In this document: positions 1 through 13,278 of the stretch, piece after piece
How the letters are laid out: each line of letters opens with the position of its first letter
Position numbering within the stretch: position 1 is the first letter of the stretch
DNA from: Eledone cirrhosa
Lineage: Eukaryota
Length of the DNA stretch: 64,000 nucleotides
Direction of reading: 5' to 3'
NCBI GenBank assembly: GCA_964016885.1
Contig: OZ024743.1
Coordinates: 160,890,001 to 160,954,000 of the forward strand
Position numbers and translations under genes: made by a program
Notes under the pieces: model-generated
What the model was told of the DNA's origin: nothing
The model's input: the letters and a program-made list of their open reading frames with translations, nothing else
The model's database searches: none

Positions 1-3000
1 TCCTCAAGATGGACTCAGATGATAGCCGGATCCGTCCTAAACGCGACAGCAGGTGTTCGACATAAACCCACAAGTCAGCAATTTTCGGACACTGGACGAG
101 TGCGTGCAGGACGGTTTCGTCGCCCTGCGCGCATCTCGGACATGCCCGGCTGACGGCACCTCCATGCCTGTAGAGTTTATCCCGAACTGGCAAGGCTCCT
201 CGGTAGCACTGCCAGGCCAGAGATTTCTGGAAGTTGTCCATACGCCCTGGCCCGAAAGTTCTTCCGAAGAGATTGGCTAGTTGATTTTCGTCGACGCCTA
301 GAGTTTCCCCAAGTACGTCGTCGCTCTTCCCCTCCACTAATCCTCTATAGAACGCCGAGGTGGAGTTTCCACCGATCACATTGCCCGATTGGTCGAGGGC
401 TGTGAGCGCCTGAAGACATTCCAGTCTCCAGGCGCTCCCTCTCGGTCTTCGCTTGACCCAGGACTGCAGCTCCGTCAAGGAAACGAGCTGGGGAAAAACG
501 CGTCTAGCAAACGGCGACCACACCTGATCACCGTCGAGGAAGAGGTGGAGATGTCGTAGCCTGAGCGCGTGCCTGCGCATCATCAGCCACGGCATGCCCA
601 GCCCTCCACGTAGCGGGTGTTGACAGCAGATGGACCGCCTGACCATCAGAGCGCGTCCCTTCCACAAGAAGCGAAAGAGCAAACGCTCCAGCGCAGTCAG
701 GCGGGGCTTAGGACAAGGTACGACGGTCAGGCGGTAGTAGATGACGGATGCGATGTACGCATTCGCCACCTCCGCTCGACCTTTCAGGGATAGCTTCCTC
801 TCGGCCCATTTCTGGGTGAGAGAAGCCACCCTGCTCGTCACCTCGTCCCAGTTTTTGTCCGTCTGGAGGTCTGGACCGAACCAGACCCCCTAGCAATTTA
901 ACCGGTCTGTCCGTCCAGCGCCCGACGACGCTGTTGGACGGCATGGACCTGCCTCTCCAGGTGCCGAGCTGCAGGCCCACTGACTTTTCCTGGTTGATCA
1001 TTGCTCCTGTCACCGCTTCGTATTCTCTTAGTGTAGTGCCGATCGCCTCGATGTGTTTGGCGTTCGACACCACTACGGTGACATCGTCGGCATATGCTGA
1101 CACGGATCTTCCGCATCCTAGTTCGCGCGGGACCCCCCTCAACGTCTCCAGTTTGTGCAGTAATGGCTCGAGAGTCAATACGTACAATAGGGACGAGAGG
1201 GGACATCCTTGGCAGACCGAGCGCATGATGTTGAACGGTTCCGACAGGTGACCGTTCACTCTCACTACAGAGCAGATGTCGCTGTGCATGGCAGCGATCC
1301 AGCCTCTGAAGACGGGCCCAAAGCCAGCCGCCCTCAGGACTGCCGCTAGGTAACGATGGTCGAGCCTATCGAAGGCTTTCGACTGATCTAAATTGAACAA
1401 AGACCCACCCGTGCCAGGTTCCCTAGCTACCCTCTCTACGATGTATCGCATGAGGTGGAGGTTGTCGTGAATGGATCTGTCGGGAATGGCGCATGTCTGT
1501 GCCTCTCCCACCAGACCACCAACGACAAGCGCCAACCTCTTTGCTAGCACCTTGGCCAAAATCTTGAATTCTGTGTTTAGCAGAGTTATGGGGCTAAAAT
1601 TATCTATATTATCCCCCTTGTTCGGATCCTTTCTCAGCAGCGCCACCGCTCCTCGGCTCACAGAGCTGGGAATTCTCCCGTTCTGTTGCCAGTTGCAGTA
1701 GACGTCCGCCAAGAGGCCTCCGAACAAGTTTGGTATTTGTACGTAAAGTTATAAGGGAAGACCATCTAAACCAGGCGATTTACCCCTTGTGCAACTAGTC
1801 ATTGCATCCCGTACTTCAGCGGTTGTTATCGGCTTTTCGAAACACTCCGCCTCAGTGGCTGAAAGCCGCGGCAGTCCGTCGAGGTAGACACTAAAGTCCA
1901 TCCCTCGATCCTGCCCGCCACTGCCCCCGAACAGTTGAGCGAAGTGTCGCTGAAAAGCTTCACACATTTGCCCGGGATCGAGTAGCATGCGCCCGTCGTG
2001 GTCCACCAAAGACCGGATCGTGGCTTTGTTGCAACGACGCGCCTCCGCCACTCGGGCCCATTGAACGGCTTTCGTCCCCTCGTGTCTGAGAGCACGCACC
2101 CTAGCTCTGACAACGCAGCCTTCGTGCTTTGCATTGAAGAATTGGTCAAGAGCCAATTTCGCCGCAAGTACGTCGGTCGCGATGCCTTTGCTAAGCGCCT
2201 CATCTAATTTTCTAACTAATTCTCCCTCTGCTCTATTTTTCTCTATTGCTAAAGTCTTACTAAACCTAATGGACTCTATTCTAATTGCTCTTTTCAGAGC
2301 AAACCACCACTTGTTGTTGACGATGGCCCCCGTCAACGCCCGCTTAACTAGTCCGCTAATCCGGTCTCTGTAGGCCTTGCGCGCTGGTAAGGACGCGTTT
2401 AGCTTCCAGTAGCCGGGTCCTCGTCTATGAAGCCTATCTAAGTCAAGCACACAGATCACGAATTTGTGGTCCGTGTAGCTGACTATCTTGAATTGTGGAC
2501 AGCCTATGCTAGACCTATCTATTTCCCTACAAAATACTCTATCTAGATATGATCTGGATGACCCTATGCGATTTGTCCAAGTCCACATTGGTACATTCGG
2601 GAAATCCATTCGGTACCTGTCAGACAGTTCAAAACGTCTGAGCAGGTTGGTGAGACTCTTGCACCCTCCTTCCCTATCCACTAATCCCACACAATCCCAG
2701 CGTGCATCTAAGATCCCGTTCCAGTCGCCCACTAACACTAAAGAGCGGGACGTTCCAAGAAAGGTCTCCAGACGCCGGAAGAAATCAGGCCGCCCTACTC
2801 CTGTCGGGGCATAGACGGCCACTAACCTGAAAGCTTGCCCGTCTCCGCTGGTCACGTCCAGCACCACCAACTTACCTTCTGGGTCCAGGAAGATGGCCCG
2901 TATGGCAAGATCCAAACCTCTCCGGAAAAGCACAGCAACTCCTCCCACGATCCCGGACGGCTGGGAGATGCGTACACATCGTAGCCGCCGAAGATCGGTG

Positions 3001-3146
3001 CGAAAGCCTGTGCTTCGGAGATTCTGGTCTCGCTGATGGCCACTACATCTATGTTTAGTGACCTGAGGTCGTTGAGCACGTGGCCCTGCTTCCATGACGA
3101 CCCCAAGCCACGTGCATTTATGCTGCCTATTCTGAGTGAGGTCATG
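1..3146 (-). pseudogene. ORF2 APE endonuclease / reverse transcriptase, frameshifted
   Basis: SINARG, VAISET, VYAP, GDWN, SYLDR, TDH (APE); KSPGLDG, PITLLN, LDQSKAFDR, QGCPLS, YADD (RT). Confidence 0.92.
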
Positions 3147-3318
3147 TTGAAAAGGAGTGGAAAAGATGGGAAAGACCAGGTGGTGTGAATTTTGGGGTTG
3201 TTGTGTAGTCTTTTTCTGTGATGCTGGTGTTGTGTTGGATGTAGTGTAATAATTGCTTGTTGTTCAAATTTAATGCTGTGTAGTGTGTATCGTTTTGGTT
3301 TTTTTGTTTTGTTTGCGT

Positions 3319-4978
3319 TTATTGTGGGTTTGTTTCTGTTTCGCATTTTGGTGACTTTTGTGGTGTAGGTGATGGTGGTGCTGGGGTTAATGATGGTGAT
3401 GGTGTTGGTGTTTGGGTTGATGGGGTTGGTGATGCTGGTGTGGATGGTGGCATATCTGACCTAACTTTTTTGTTTCTTAATTTATTTGTTTCCCTCTGTA
3501 TTTTGTTTTTGGAGGGGGAAGGAAGAGAATTTTTTCTTTTTTTATTTCTTTTTTTTTTCCGGATATCGTTTCCCACTCCTCGTCGTCACAATCTGTCTCC
3601 AGTTGTGATAGGCCGGGGAGTGGAAAATCCTCCACAGCCGTTAGTTTTGGTTGTGGTGTGGTGGATGGTGTAGGCGCTGGTGCTAGTTCTGAAGCGTTGG
3701 GTGGTGGTGGTTTTGGTTTTGCTGGTGGTGGTAGTGGTGTTGGTTTTGCTACTGTTGCTGGGGTTGTTGCTGTTATAGTTGCTTCTGTTGTTGCTGCTAC
3801 AGTTGTTGCTGCCATCTCTGCTACTGGTGGTGTTGATGGTTGTGTCACTGGGGTGGGTAGGAGAGGTGGCCTCAACCTTTTAGCCTGAGGGCAGAAAGCC
3901 CTTAGGTGGGTTCCTTCACCACAAACGACACACCTAGGTCTTCTGCCCTCGACAATTACCGTGAGGTGGCTGCCGTCAGTGAGGTCTATTACCTCTGGGA
4001 TCTCCTCAATGCTTTTTTGCTCCGCTTGGATCAGGAGCTCCATCCCAGATCCGGACCAGTTTTCCTGCTTTTCTTTTGCTATTGCTATTATTTTCGTGTT
4101 GGCTTCGATGCCGGCGAGGACAGCCGCTATTAGCCAGGGAATTTCGATGGCCGGTGGAACGTGGGACACCCTGATCTTTACGAGTCTCTGGCCACAATAG
4201 GTTGGGACGAGTGTGAAGTCGTCACTTTTTAATGGGGCCATGGAATGTTCTCTAGCCTCCTCTGGTGTTTCAAAGAACACATCCACGGTTCCATACTTTT
4301 GCCCACGTCTGATGTGGGTTTTTCTTGCCCACACATGTCCCAAAGCTTTTTGGATTTGGGACTCGGATGCCCGTTCCACTCGGCGCGATTTTACATTTAT
4401 TGTTCTATACGACACGGTGCATAGGCGCCGATGCTCCATTTTATTAGGTGGGGGGTGAGGCTGACCCTGTACCCATCTTTCTTTACCATTTGTTTGGCAT
4501 TTTCTAAATCCTCCTGAGTTACCGTGAATGCTTCAAACTGTTTTGCTACTATGGCGAAACTGAGGGTCGGTTTTATAATGTCATTGTTGTTGTTGTTGCT
4601 ATCGTTATTTGTGTTAATATTAATTTTAGTTTCAGTTGTGGTGGTGGTGACGTCAGTCGTCTTTGGTGCGGAAGAGTCCATTTTGCTTGATTTCATTTCG
4701 ACATCACGAGTTAATTTATTTTTTTCTTCTTTTGTTTCTGTTGTCGCGGTGGTGGTGGTGGTTGTCGCAGTGGTGGTGGTGGTGGAGGCTTTAACACCTG
4801 CAGTCATTGGTAATGGCGGGAAATGAATGTCTGCCTGAGACAAATTTAAAATATTGCTACTGCTTATATTTTTGTTTGTGTTGGCAAACGTAGTAACATT
4901 TACAATGGTGGTGTCGGTGTGAGGTGTTAATTTGTGAGAAAGGCTTTCAGCTGCTTGGTGCAGTGGTGAATTAGCCAT
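3319..4978 (-). pseudogene. ORF1 (gag-like nucleic-acid-binding protein) of Tx1-like LINE, frameshifted
   Basis: CX2CX4HX4C knuckle RPRCVVCGEGTHLRAFC, Thr/Asn-rich N-terminus, Pro-rich and basic C-terminus. Confidence 0.8.
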
Positions 4979-5187
4979 TTTTTTTTCAAAGAAATGTTTT
5001 GATAATCATAAAAGTTTAAATTTTGGGCACAAGGCCCCAATCTTTTTGGGTGTCCTTTTCGGAAAACAATGTATGTGCGCTTATAAACAGTTAACAATAA
5101 AATTTTCCATAAATGACAATTTTTAACAAACGGAAATAACAAACCTTTGCGGAGCTCACGATGATACGATTTACTACGTAGGTCGCC

Positions 5188-5243
<56 letters not shown>
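5188..5243. repeat. (AAT)n microsatellite
   Basis: perfect trinucleotide tract between the Tx1 5' end and the Dong-like fragment. Confidence 0.98.
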
Positions 5244-6303
5244 GATCATATTCCATTACAAAAGATGCACAAAGATACAGTAATGGACTACAAATTTCAG
5301 AAGTCCCATTTACTGCTGAAATGGAAAACACAGAAAAAGCAAAGCAGGTAAAAGTAACTGCAAAGAAAGAACTGCTACAGAAACTGGCTAAGAAATGGCA
5401 AGAAAAGCCTCTGTATGCAAAATACCCAGAGCGAGCTAACAATCCTGATGTTGACAAAACTTTAACCCATCAGTGGTTGGCATCCTCTGGACTGAAATCG
5501 GAGACTGAAGGACTGATTATATCGGCACAAGATCAGTGTCTGCCAACAAAAAATTACCAAGCCAACATAATAAAAAATGGGTGCAGCCCATTATGCCGTG
5601 TATGCAAAAAACAACCAGAGACCATTGACCATATAATTTCAATGTGCAGTCCTATAGCTCCAACCGAATACCTAAACAGGCATGACAGAGCTGCACAATA
5701 CATACATTGGATAATGTGTAAGCATTTTGACCTGCCCCATCAAAAGAATTGGTGGGAGCATCAACCACCTCCCATACTTGAAAAAGATCACATCTCAATC
5801 TTGTGGAACTTTAGCATCCAAACAGACCGAAAAATAGATGCAAACAGACCTGATATAATATTGAAAGACTTTCAAAAGAGGGTATGCCTGCTAATTGATA
5901 TGTCTGTTCCAATAGACAAGAATGTATCTATAAAAACATTTGAAAAATTGAGCAAGTATAAGGACCTGGAGATAGAAATTGGAAAAATGTGGAAATTGAG
6001 AACTAAAACAATACCAGTGGTTGTAGGCGCTCTGGGAATGATACCTAAGGGGTCTAATGATTACATATCGCAAATCCCAGGAAACCCGCGTATAGGAGAA
6101 ATACAAAAGATAGTACTAATGGGAACTGCCCATATACTAAGGAAGATTCTGTCAATATAAGTACATCACAAGTTTAAACACTAAAGATGCATGTGTGAAT
6201 ATGTATGTTCTTTCTTGAACATGGCGGACCTTGTTGTCTCTTGAGGTCACTGGTTGTGACTTGGTGATAACTCGTATGAACATAAAGCAAGATAAATGCA
6301 ACT

Positions 6304-6304
<1 letters not shown>
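5244..6304 (+). mobile_element. 5'-truncated R4/Dong-like non-LTR retrotransposon (restriction-like endonuclease end)
   Basis: open ORF to 6160 followed by a short 3' UTR; (TAA)n on both sides, the known target type of Dong elements. Confidence 0.85.
5321..6160 (+). CDS. C-terminal CCHC zinc finger + RLE (PD-D/ExK) domain of R4/Dong-like ORF, 5' truncated
   Basis: CRVCKKQPETIDHIISMC, RHD, NRPDII...LIDMSVP, EKLSKYKDL; uninterrupted frame. Confidence 0.85.
   Translation: MENTEKAKQVKVTAKKELLQKLAKKWQEKPLYAKYPERANNPDVDKTLTHQWLASSGLKSETEGLIISAQDQCLPTKNYQANIIKNGCSPLCRVCKKQPETIDHIISMCSPIAPTEYLNRHDRAAQYIHWIMCKHFDLPHQKNWWEHQPPPILEKDHISILWNFSIQTDRKIDANRPDIILKDFQKRVCLLIDMSVPIDKNVSIKTFEKLSKYKDLEIEIGKMWKLRTKTIPVVVGALGMIPKGSNDYISQIPGNPRIGEIQKIVLMGTAHILRKILSI

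Positions 6305-6357
<53 letters not shown>
6305..6357. repeat. (TAA)n microsatellite / tail
   Basis: perfect tract immediately after the Dong-like 3' UTR. Confidence 0.97.
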
Positions 6358-6479
6358 GTGATGATGTCATGATAAAAAGACTGGTGGTAGTGCAAACTTA
6401 AACTCACTAATCCTCTTTGTGAGTGCTTAAATGTCGAACTTAAATAGTTCAAACAACGGTGTAAAGGAGGCTTGAATTT

Positions 6480-9400
6480 TCTATAAAGGCCTCTCACCCG
6501 GCCGATGTTCCTTGACCCAGCAGCAGGGACCTGGTCGTCACCCAACAACGGAGGGTGAAGAAGAAAGGTGGCAAGAACCAACTGGGTGAATGAATTGAAC
6601 AAAATTGTAATGAAATGTTATCTGAAAAGTAATCCCACTAATTATGGCTACAGGCAACGAATGCACAAAATCTGGAGGGATATTGGTCTGTTTGAATTAA
6701 GTGAACAAAAACTAGCGGGCAGGTTCGTGTTATAATGAATGGATTAGCGAGTTGGAATTGGAGAAAGTGAGTAGAGAGATTGAATCGGAAATGGAAAGTG
6801 GAGTAGATCAGCCAAATATGTCTGAAGAAAGCGGAGCGAATCAGGCAAATGGACCAGTAAAAATGAAGGTAAAGTGATTAGGAGACCTGAGGAAGTAACT
6901 GAAGAAGAAAATGATCTAAATGGTGAGTAAGTTGATATCTGGAGTAAAGATACGGTGGTTGAGAAAATAAACGCTAACGGGTTTGGGAAGATTTTGTTGA
7001 CGTTCTGAATTCGATGGTCGATGAAGTAAATAACGATAGTGGAAAACCAATGAACCTAAGATTTGTAGACAGGAAAAAGCTAAAAGAAACGACAGCTAAG
7101 GTGAACAGGGTCATTCTATACATAGAGGCGAGGAATTTTTATTGATGCAGCAACATCATTAAAGTAGCGGCAAATATCGTGAAAAAATTGATCGGTATCA
7201 ATACGAGGGAAAATAGACGAGAGAAGGCAGAACCTTGGTGGAAGAAGCGGCTAATTGGTCGGATCAAGGAAATAAGAATGGACACAGGGAAATTTAAGCC
7301 TCTATTAAATAGAAGGATAGATTGACAAGGAAATAGAATACTAAGGGGGAAAAAGTTAAATGTCATAATAGAGGAATTAAACAACGCATCATAGCAAAAA
7401 GTGTAAAATTCAAACGGTATGAGAGCAGAGTTAATATAGAGAAAACCGCATGTTCGACAACAAACGAAAGATGCTGCTTGGACAGCTAGAAGGGAGAGGA
7501 AGAGACAATGTTGCTATCCCCGAGTCTAAACAGACCAACACATTTTGGAGAGGGATTTGGGAGCAGGTTGTTGAACATTATAGTCGGGCAGAGTAGATTG
7601 CAGCTGTTGAAAAGAAGATTAACGTTCAAGTACACCAACAGAAGATTAATGTACAAGTACACAAGCAGACCAATAAATTAACCAACTGATGGTATGCAGG
7701 ATTGCTAGGTTAAAAAGATAACGTCTCTCCACCCGACACTGGCAACCATGTTCAATGACTGCTTGGTGTCGGATGAACAAAAGGGGGTTAACAAAAGGTG
7801 CCACGGTTCTGATAAGAAAAGACCAAGCTAAGGAAAACGACGTTACCAATTATAGGCCTATTGCATGTCTGTCCTTGATGTGGAAATCGCTAACAAGTAT
7901 TATGTCTGAGGAAATCTACAGCCAACTCGACATAAACAACTTATTGCCGGAGGAAAAGAAAGGATGCCGAAAGAAGTCCTGTGGTACAAAGGACCAGTTA
8001 TTTGTTACAAGACTAGGAACTGTAATAAGGGGCTGCAGGAGGAGATACACTGGCATTGCTATGGGATGGATAGACTACAAGAAGGCATTCGACATTGCTC
8101 CTCATTCTCGGATAACAAAGTGTCTAGATATATTCAAGGTGGCAGACAACATCAGACTTATTAAGTAATAATCCGAAGAACTGAGGGACAGAGTTAACAT
8201 CGGGGGGGGGGGGGGGGTCCTTGGGAGGAGTGGAAATCAAGAGAGGTTTCTTCTAAGGAGATAGCCTGTCGCCGCTATTGTTTGTCCTTACCCTTTTACT
8301 CCTGCCCCTCGTGTTTCAAGGAGTGAAGACTGGATACCAACTGGGAAAAGGAGTCTTAGTGATGAAAAGAGGCAAATTGAAAAGAAGCAAAGGAATCGAG
8401 ATACCAACGGGTAAGGTGATAAAGGAGATGGACACTGAGGAAGGATATTGGTATTCGGGTGTCTTGAAAGCAGATAAAGTCAAGGACAAAAACATGGAGG
8501 TGAGGATGATGTCTAAATACATAAGGGGAGTGAAAAATTACTGAAATCTCTGAATAGTAGGAATGTAATAAGTGTAATAAATTCCCGAGCTGTGTCTATT
8601 TTAAGGTATAGTGCGGGAATTCTCGAATGGAATGAAAACGAACAGAAGGATCTAGATAGAAAGATGAGGAAATTAATGACCACCTATAGTATGTTTCATA
8701 AGAGGCGGATGTTGATAGACTGTACTTAAAGAGAGCTGAATGTGGGAGAGGTCATACCAACGTGGAGGAATGTGTTCAGATGAAGAAAAGCGGTTTGCAT
8801 AAATATCTGCCGTGAGTAACGAGCCAATGCTTAAGGCTGTATTGAAGGAGCAGACAATAGACCAGGGGATACCCAAGAAGGACCTAATGATGAGGAAGAA
8901 GAACAATCTGAATGAAAAACTCTTCATAGCGTATTCTTTAAGACAATAGAATTCAAAGATGCGCTGACATGGGACTGGTTTAAAAATGGGGACCACAAGA
9001 AAGATACTGATTTCACAGAACGAAGTGGATGAAACACCATATTAACAAGGAGGAAGTTAGCCCGCTTTGTAGGATATGCGGAGAGAGAGGAGACTCACAT
9101 CGTATGCGAGTGTAAACTCCTAGCCCAGACTCATTATAAAGGATAGAGGCATGATATTATAGGAAAAGTGATCTACTGGCATTTTTGTAAATTGAATGAT
9201 TTACCCCACGCTGAGAGGTGGTATGAACATAAGCCAGAATCGGTGATGGAAAACGACCGGGGACGGTGTTATGGGATTTCAGAATACAAACTGTTAAAGA
9301 ATTAGAACACAATAGGCCTGACTTGGTAGTTTTCGGCAAAGAAAAAAGATCGTGCTTGATTATAGATGTAGCTTGGCCCCTCGGTACAAGAGTACAGGAA

Positions 9401-9670
9401 ATGGAGAGGGAAAAAATTAACGGGTACCATGACCTGAAGTGGGAACTTAAAAGGTTTGGGAACTGTCATGAGATTAAGGTCATCCCATTGTGGTGGGAGC
9501 ACTGGGTACTATCTCGAAGAGATTCCAAGACTGGTTAAAGACCATCAGTACACCACCTGTTTTGGAATACTTCAAAAGGCATGCCTACTTGGAACGGCAA
9601 TGACCCTCCAATACGTCCTGAATATCTGCAGCTGAGGGTAGCAGCTTGATGTTCATTAGGATTATTATTT
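6480..9670 (+). mobile_element. Degenerate R4/Dong-like element (RT + RLE), older family
   Basis: fragments NYRPIACLSLMWK, KGCRKKSCGTKDQL, WIDYKKAFD, GDSLSPLLF, LWDFRIQT...HNRPDLVV; many stops and frameshifts; ends approximate. Confidence 0.8.
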
Positions 9671-9718
9671 TGTTTAAATAACAACAATGACTGAGGTATC
9701 AAGTAAAAAATGATAATG

Positions 9719-12700
9719 CTTTCTTTATTAACCACAAAAGGGTTTACAAAAAGAATATCTTAAGGGCAGCACAGATCGGTACAAATATGGATTTCTGCGT
9801 ATATAAACAAAAAAAAAAAAAATCGAAGGATGCAAAAAAAAATCGATGCAAAGCTAAATGCGCCCAATAGGGTGAGACCTCCATGTGTCACTCGGGGAGA
9901 AACCACACAAAAGCTACGGTGATCCTGGTATGCCCATTCATTCGGGATTTGCTCGCCTCTCTCACCCATCTTTCAACAAATTGTTGGGATGAAAATACTT
10001 CCCTCTCCACCTTGATTTTCCTTTTCAAAGGAAATTTGAAGAGGTTAATCAGAGCTTCGCTGAAGAGGTAAGTGCTCTCAACCTTTTCAAATGTGTCCCC
10101 TACATGATCTCTTTCTCCATAGCCACAGGGCAGATAAAAGTTGCCTGCCCTCCCCGGCTAAAGGAAGGCGACGGGGTAATCTTCACGATGGACTCAGCTG
10201 ATAGTGGATCCGTCCTATACGCAACAGCAGTAATGCTCAAACACTGGACTAGTGCATACATGACGGTTTCGTCGCCCTGTTGCATCTCGGGCAAGTCTGG
10301 CTTACGGCACTTCCATACCTATAGAGTCATTCCCGAACTGACAAAGTTCCGCGGTAGCACTGCCAGGCCAAGGATTTCTGGAAGTTGTCCATGGACCTCG
10401 GCCCGTAAGTTCTCCCAACGAGATTTTCAACAACGCCTAATGTATTCGCAAGGACGTCGTCACCCTTGCCCTCTACTAACACTAGAGAATGCCAAGGTGA
10501 AGTTTCCACCGATCACAGTGCTGGAGATGACGTAGACTCACCAGCCACGGCATGCCCATTCCTTCACGTAGCGAATATTGACCGCAAATTAACTGCCTGA
10601 CCATCTGACAAAAAGCGAAAGAGCTAGTGCAGTCAGGTGGGGCTCAGGACAAGGTTCGGCGGTCAGGTGGTAGCAGATTACGGATGTGATGTACGCGTTC
10701 GGCACCTTCATCCCAACATTTCAAGAACAGCTTTCTCTCGGTCCATTTCAGGGTGAGAGAGGACACTCTGATCGCCGATCGCCACTTTGTCCATTTGTAG
10801 GTCCTCACCAAACTAGACCCTTAGCAATTTAACCCGTCCGTCCGTCCAGCAACCGGCGTCACTGTTGGGCAGCATGGACGTGCCTCTCCAGGTGCCGAGC
10901 TGCAGGCCCCACCAACTTGTCCTTGCTATTTAACTCCAATCATCACCTCGTACTTATCGAGGACGGTAACGATCATCGCAATCTGTTTGGTGTTCGACAC
11001 AATTACGATGACGTCTTCTGCATAAGTTGGCACAGTTCCTGCATCCTAGTTCGCGCGGGACGCCCCTCAACGTCTCCAGTTTGTGCAGTAATGGCTCGAG
11101 AATCAATATGTGCAACAGGGACCAACGGGGACAACCTTGTCGAACCGAGCGTATGATGTTGAACGTTCCCGAAATGTGACCGTTCACTATCACCACAAAG
11201 CATATGTCGCTGTGTATAGCAGCGATCCAGCTTCTGAAGACGGACCCAAAGCCGGCTGCCCTCGGGACCTCCGCCAGATACCGATGCTCGACCCTATCAA
11301 AATGTTTGACTGATCCAAGTTGATCAAGGCCCCTCCCGTGCCAGGTCCCTAGCTACCCTCTCCACGATGTATCGCATGAGATGGAGGTTGTCGTAGATGG
11401 ATCTGTCTGGAATAGCGCATGTCTGCGTCACCAGATCACTGACAAGCACCAACCCGTAGTTAGCACATTGGTCAAAATGTTGAGCCCTGTGTTTAGCTGA
11501 GTTATGGGCCTTTAATTATCTATGTCATTCCCCTTGTTCGGGTTCTTTCTCAACAGCGCCACCGTTACTGGGCTCACAGAGCTGGGTATTCGCCTGTTCT
11601 GCTGTCAGTTGCAGTAGATGTCCACCAAGAGATCACCAAACAACTCTGACATGTGTACGTAAAGCTCGTATGGCAGACCATCCAAACCAGGCGATTTACC
11701 CATCGTGCAGCCAGTCATTTTCTCCCGTACTTCAGCGGCTATTATCGGCTTTTCGAAAAATTCAGACTCAGTGATAGAGAGTCGCGGCAAACCGTCGAGG
11801 TAGGCACTAAAGTCTATCCCACGATCCGGTGCGTCTCTGCCCCCGAACAGCTGAGGGAAGTGCCGCTGAAAAACCACACACATTTGTTCGTGATCCAGTA
11901 ACATGCACCCATCGTTGTCATCCAATGACAGGATCTTGGCTTTGTTGCCACGATGTGACTCCGCCACTCGGGCCCAGCGAACGGCTTTCGTCCTTTCGTG
12001 TCTGACAGTACACGCCCTAGCTCTGGCAATGCAGCCTTCCTGCTTTGTGTAGAAAAAGTCGTCGACCGCCAGTCTAGCCGCCAGCTCCTCGGTCGCGATG
12101 ATTTCTAAGTCCCTCGTCTAATTTTCTAATTTGTTTCCCTCTACTCTATACTTCTCTATTGCTAACGCCTTACTGAAGCTAGTGGACTCTATTCTAATCG
12201 CCTTTTGACCGTCTGCTTACCTAATACACTAATTCGGTCTCTGTAGGATTTTCACACCGTGAACGACGCGCTTAGCTTCCAGTAGCCGGGTCCCTGTCTA
12301 TGAAACCTATCTAAGTCGACCACACAGATCACGAATTTGTGGTCCGTGGAGTCGACTATCTTGAATTGTGGACATCCTATGCTAGAATTATCTATTTCCT
12401 TACAAAATACCCACGTTTGTGCTTGTGGCGGTGGGATTGTTGATGATGGTGGTGGTGTGTGTGTGTTGGGGGGAGGGGGGGGGGCTTGACGTCTTCACAT
12501 TTTTTTTCTTTTTTCTTCCTCTATATTTTTTAGGGTGAAGGGTGGGAGCTCTTTCTTTTTTTTCTCGCTCTGACGGTTTTCCACCCTTCAGCGTCATCAC
12601 ACTCATTCTCCGATTGTGCGATATTTAGAAAGGGTATACTCTCCTCTGACCTTGGTGGCGCTGTTGATGGTGGAGACGGTGTTTCTATTATTGGTGTCGC

Positions 12701-13200
12701 CGAGGCTATTTTTGCCGCCACTACGGCCGCAGATGGTTTGGCCACTCCAGTCGTGTGTTCGCTTTGGTTAGTTTGGGGCAGAAAGGTTTTAGGTGTGTTT
12801 TCTCTGCACACCCATGACACCTTGGCCTCCTACCTTCGACAGTCATGGGTATGTGGCGGCCGTCGTCCACTTCAGGGATGGACTCTATATTTTCGTGGAT
12901 GGATTGGATTATCAACTCTATCCCCGAGCCTGACCAGTCCTCTTGTTTGATTCACATGACCTCTAAGATGGTGGTCGTATCTTCGGGATAAAGCGAGGAC
13001 GGCCGCCATCTGTCAAGCGGAGTTTGGGTCGCTTGGTCCCTCACAAGTTTTTGGCCGCTGTACGTCGGCACCAAGGTTATTTCTTCGCTACGGAGGGGCG
13101 TAATGAAGTGTGCTCTGGCTTCGTCAGATGTAGTGAAAAGAACATCTACAGAGCCATGTTTTGTCCCTCAGGCTGTCTAAGCTTTTTGTTCCAAGACGGC
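9719..13200 (-). mobile_element. Degenerate Tx1-like LINE with internal deletions
   Basis: family 3' motif at about 9721-9742; RT fragments (GKSPGLDGLPYELY, RQGCP); junction near 12400 jumps from endonuclease to ORF1 (RPRCHGCAEKTHLKPFC). Confidence 0.85.
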
Positions 13201-13204
13201 ACCC

Positions 13205-13270
13205 ATAGCTCATTGTCCCTGTCTATTTTATTGTCCGTTATATGTAGGTTCTTGTGACTAATAAAGAAAT
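13205..13270 (+). mobile_element. Very short 3'-end-only Tx1 fragment
   Basis: tatatgtaggttcttgtgactaataaagaaa resembles the 3' terminus at 39220-39255; followed by attattatt. Confidence 0.55.
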
Positions 13271-13278
13271 TATTATTA

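Larger units (their letters stand above)
1..5187 (-). mobile_element. Tx1/L1-clade non-LTR retrotransposon, near full length (3' end beyond window start), frameshifted
   Basis: ORF1 pieces 4397-4978 and 3477-4439, then ORF2 starting MTSLRIGSINARGLG at about 3146 with APE and RT motifs; 5' end abuts (AAT)n at 5188. Confidence 0.92.
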
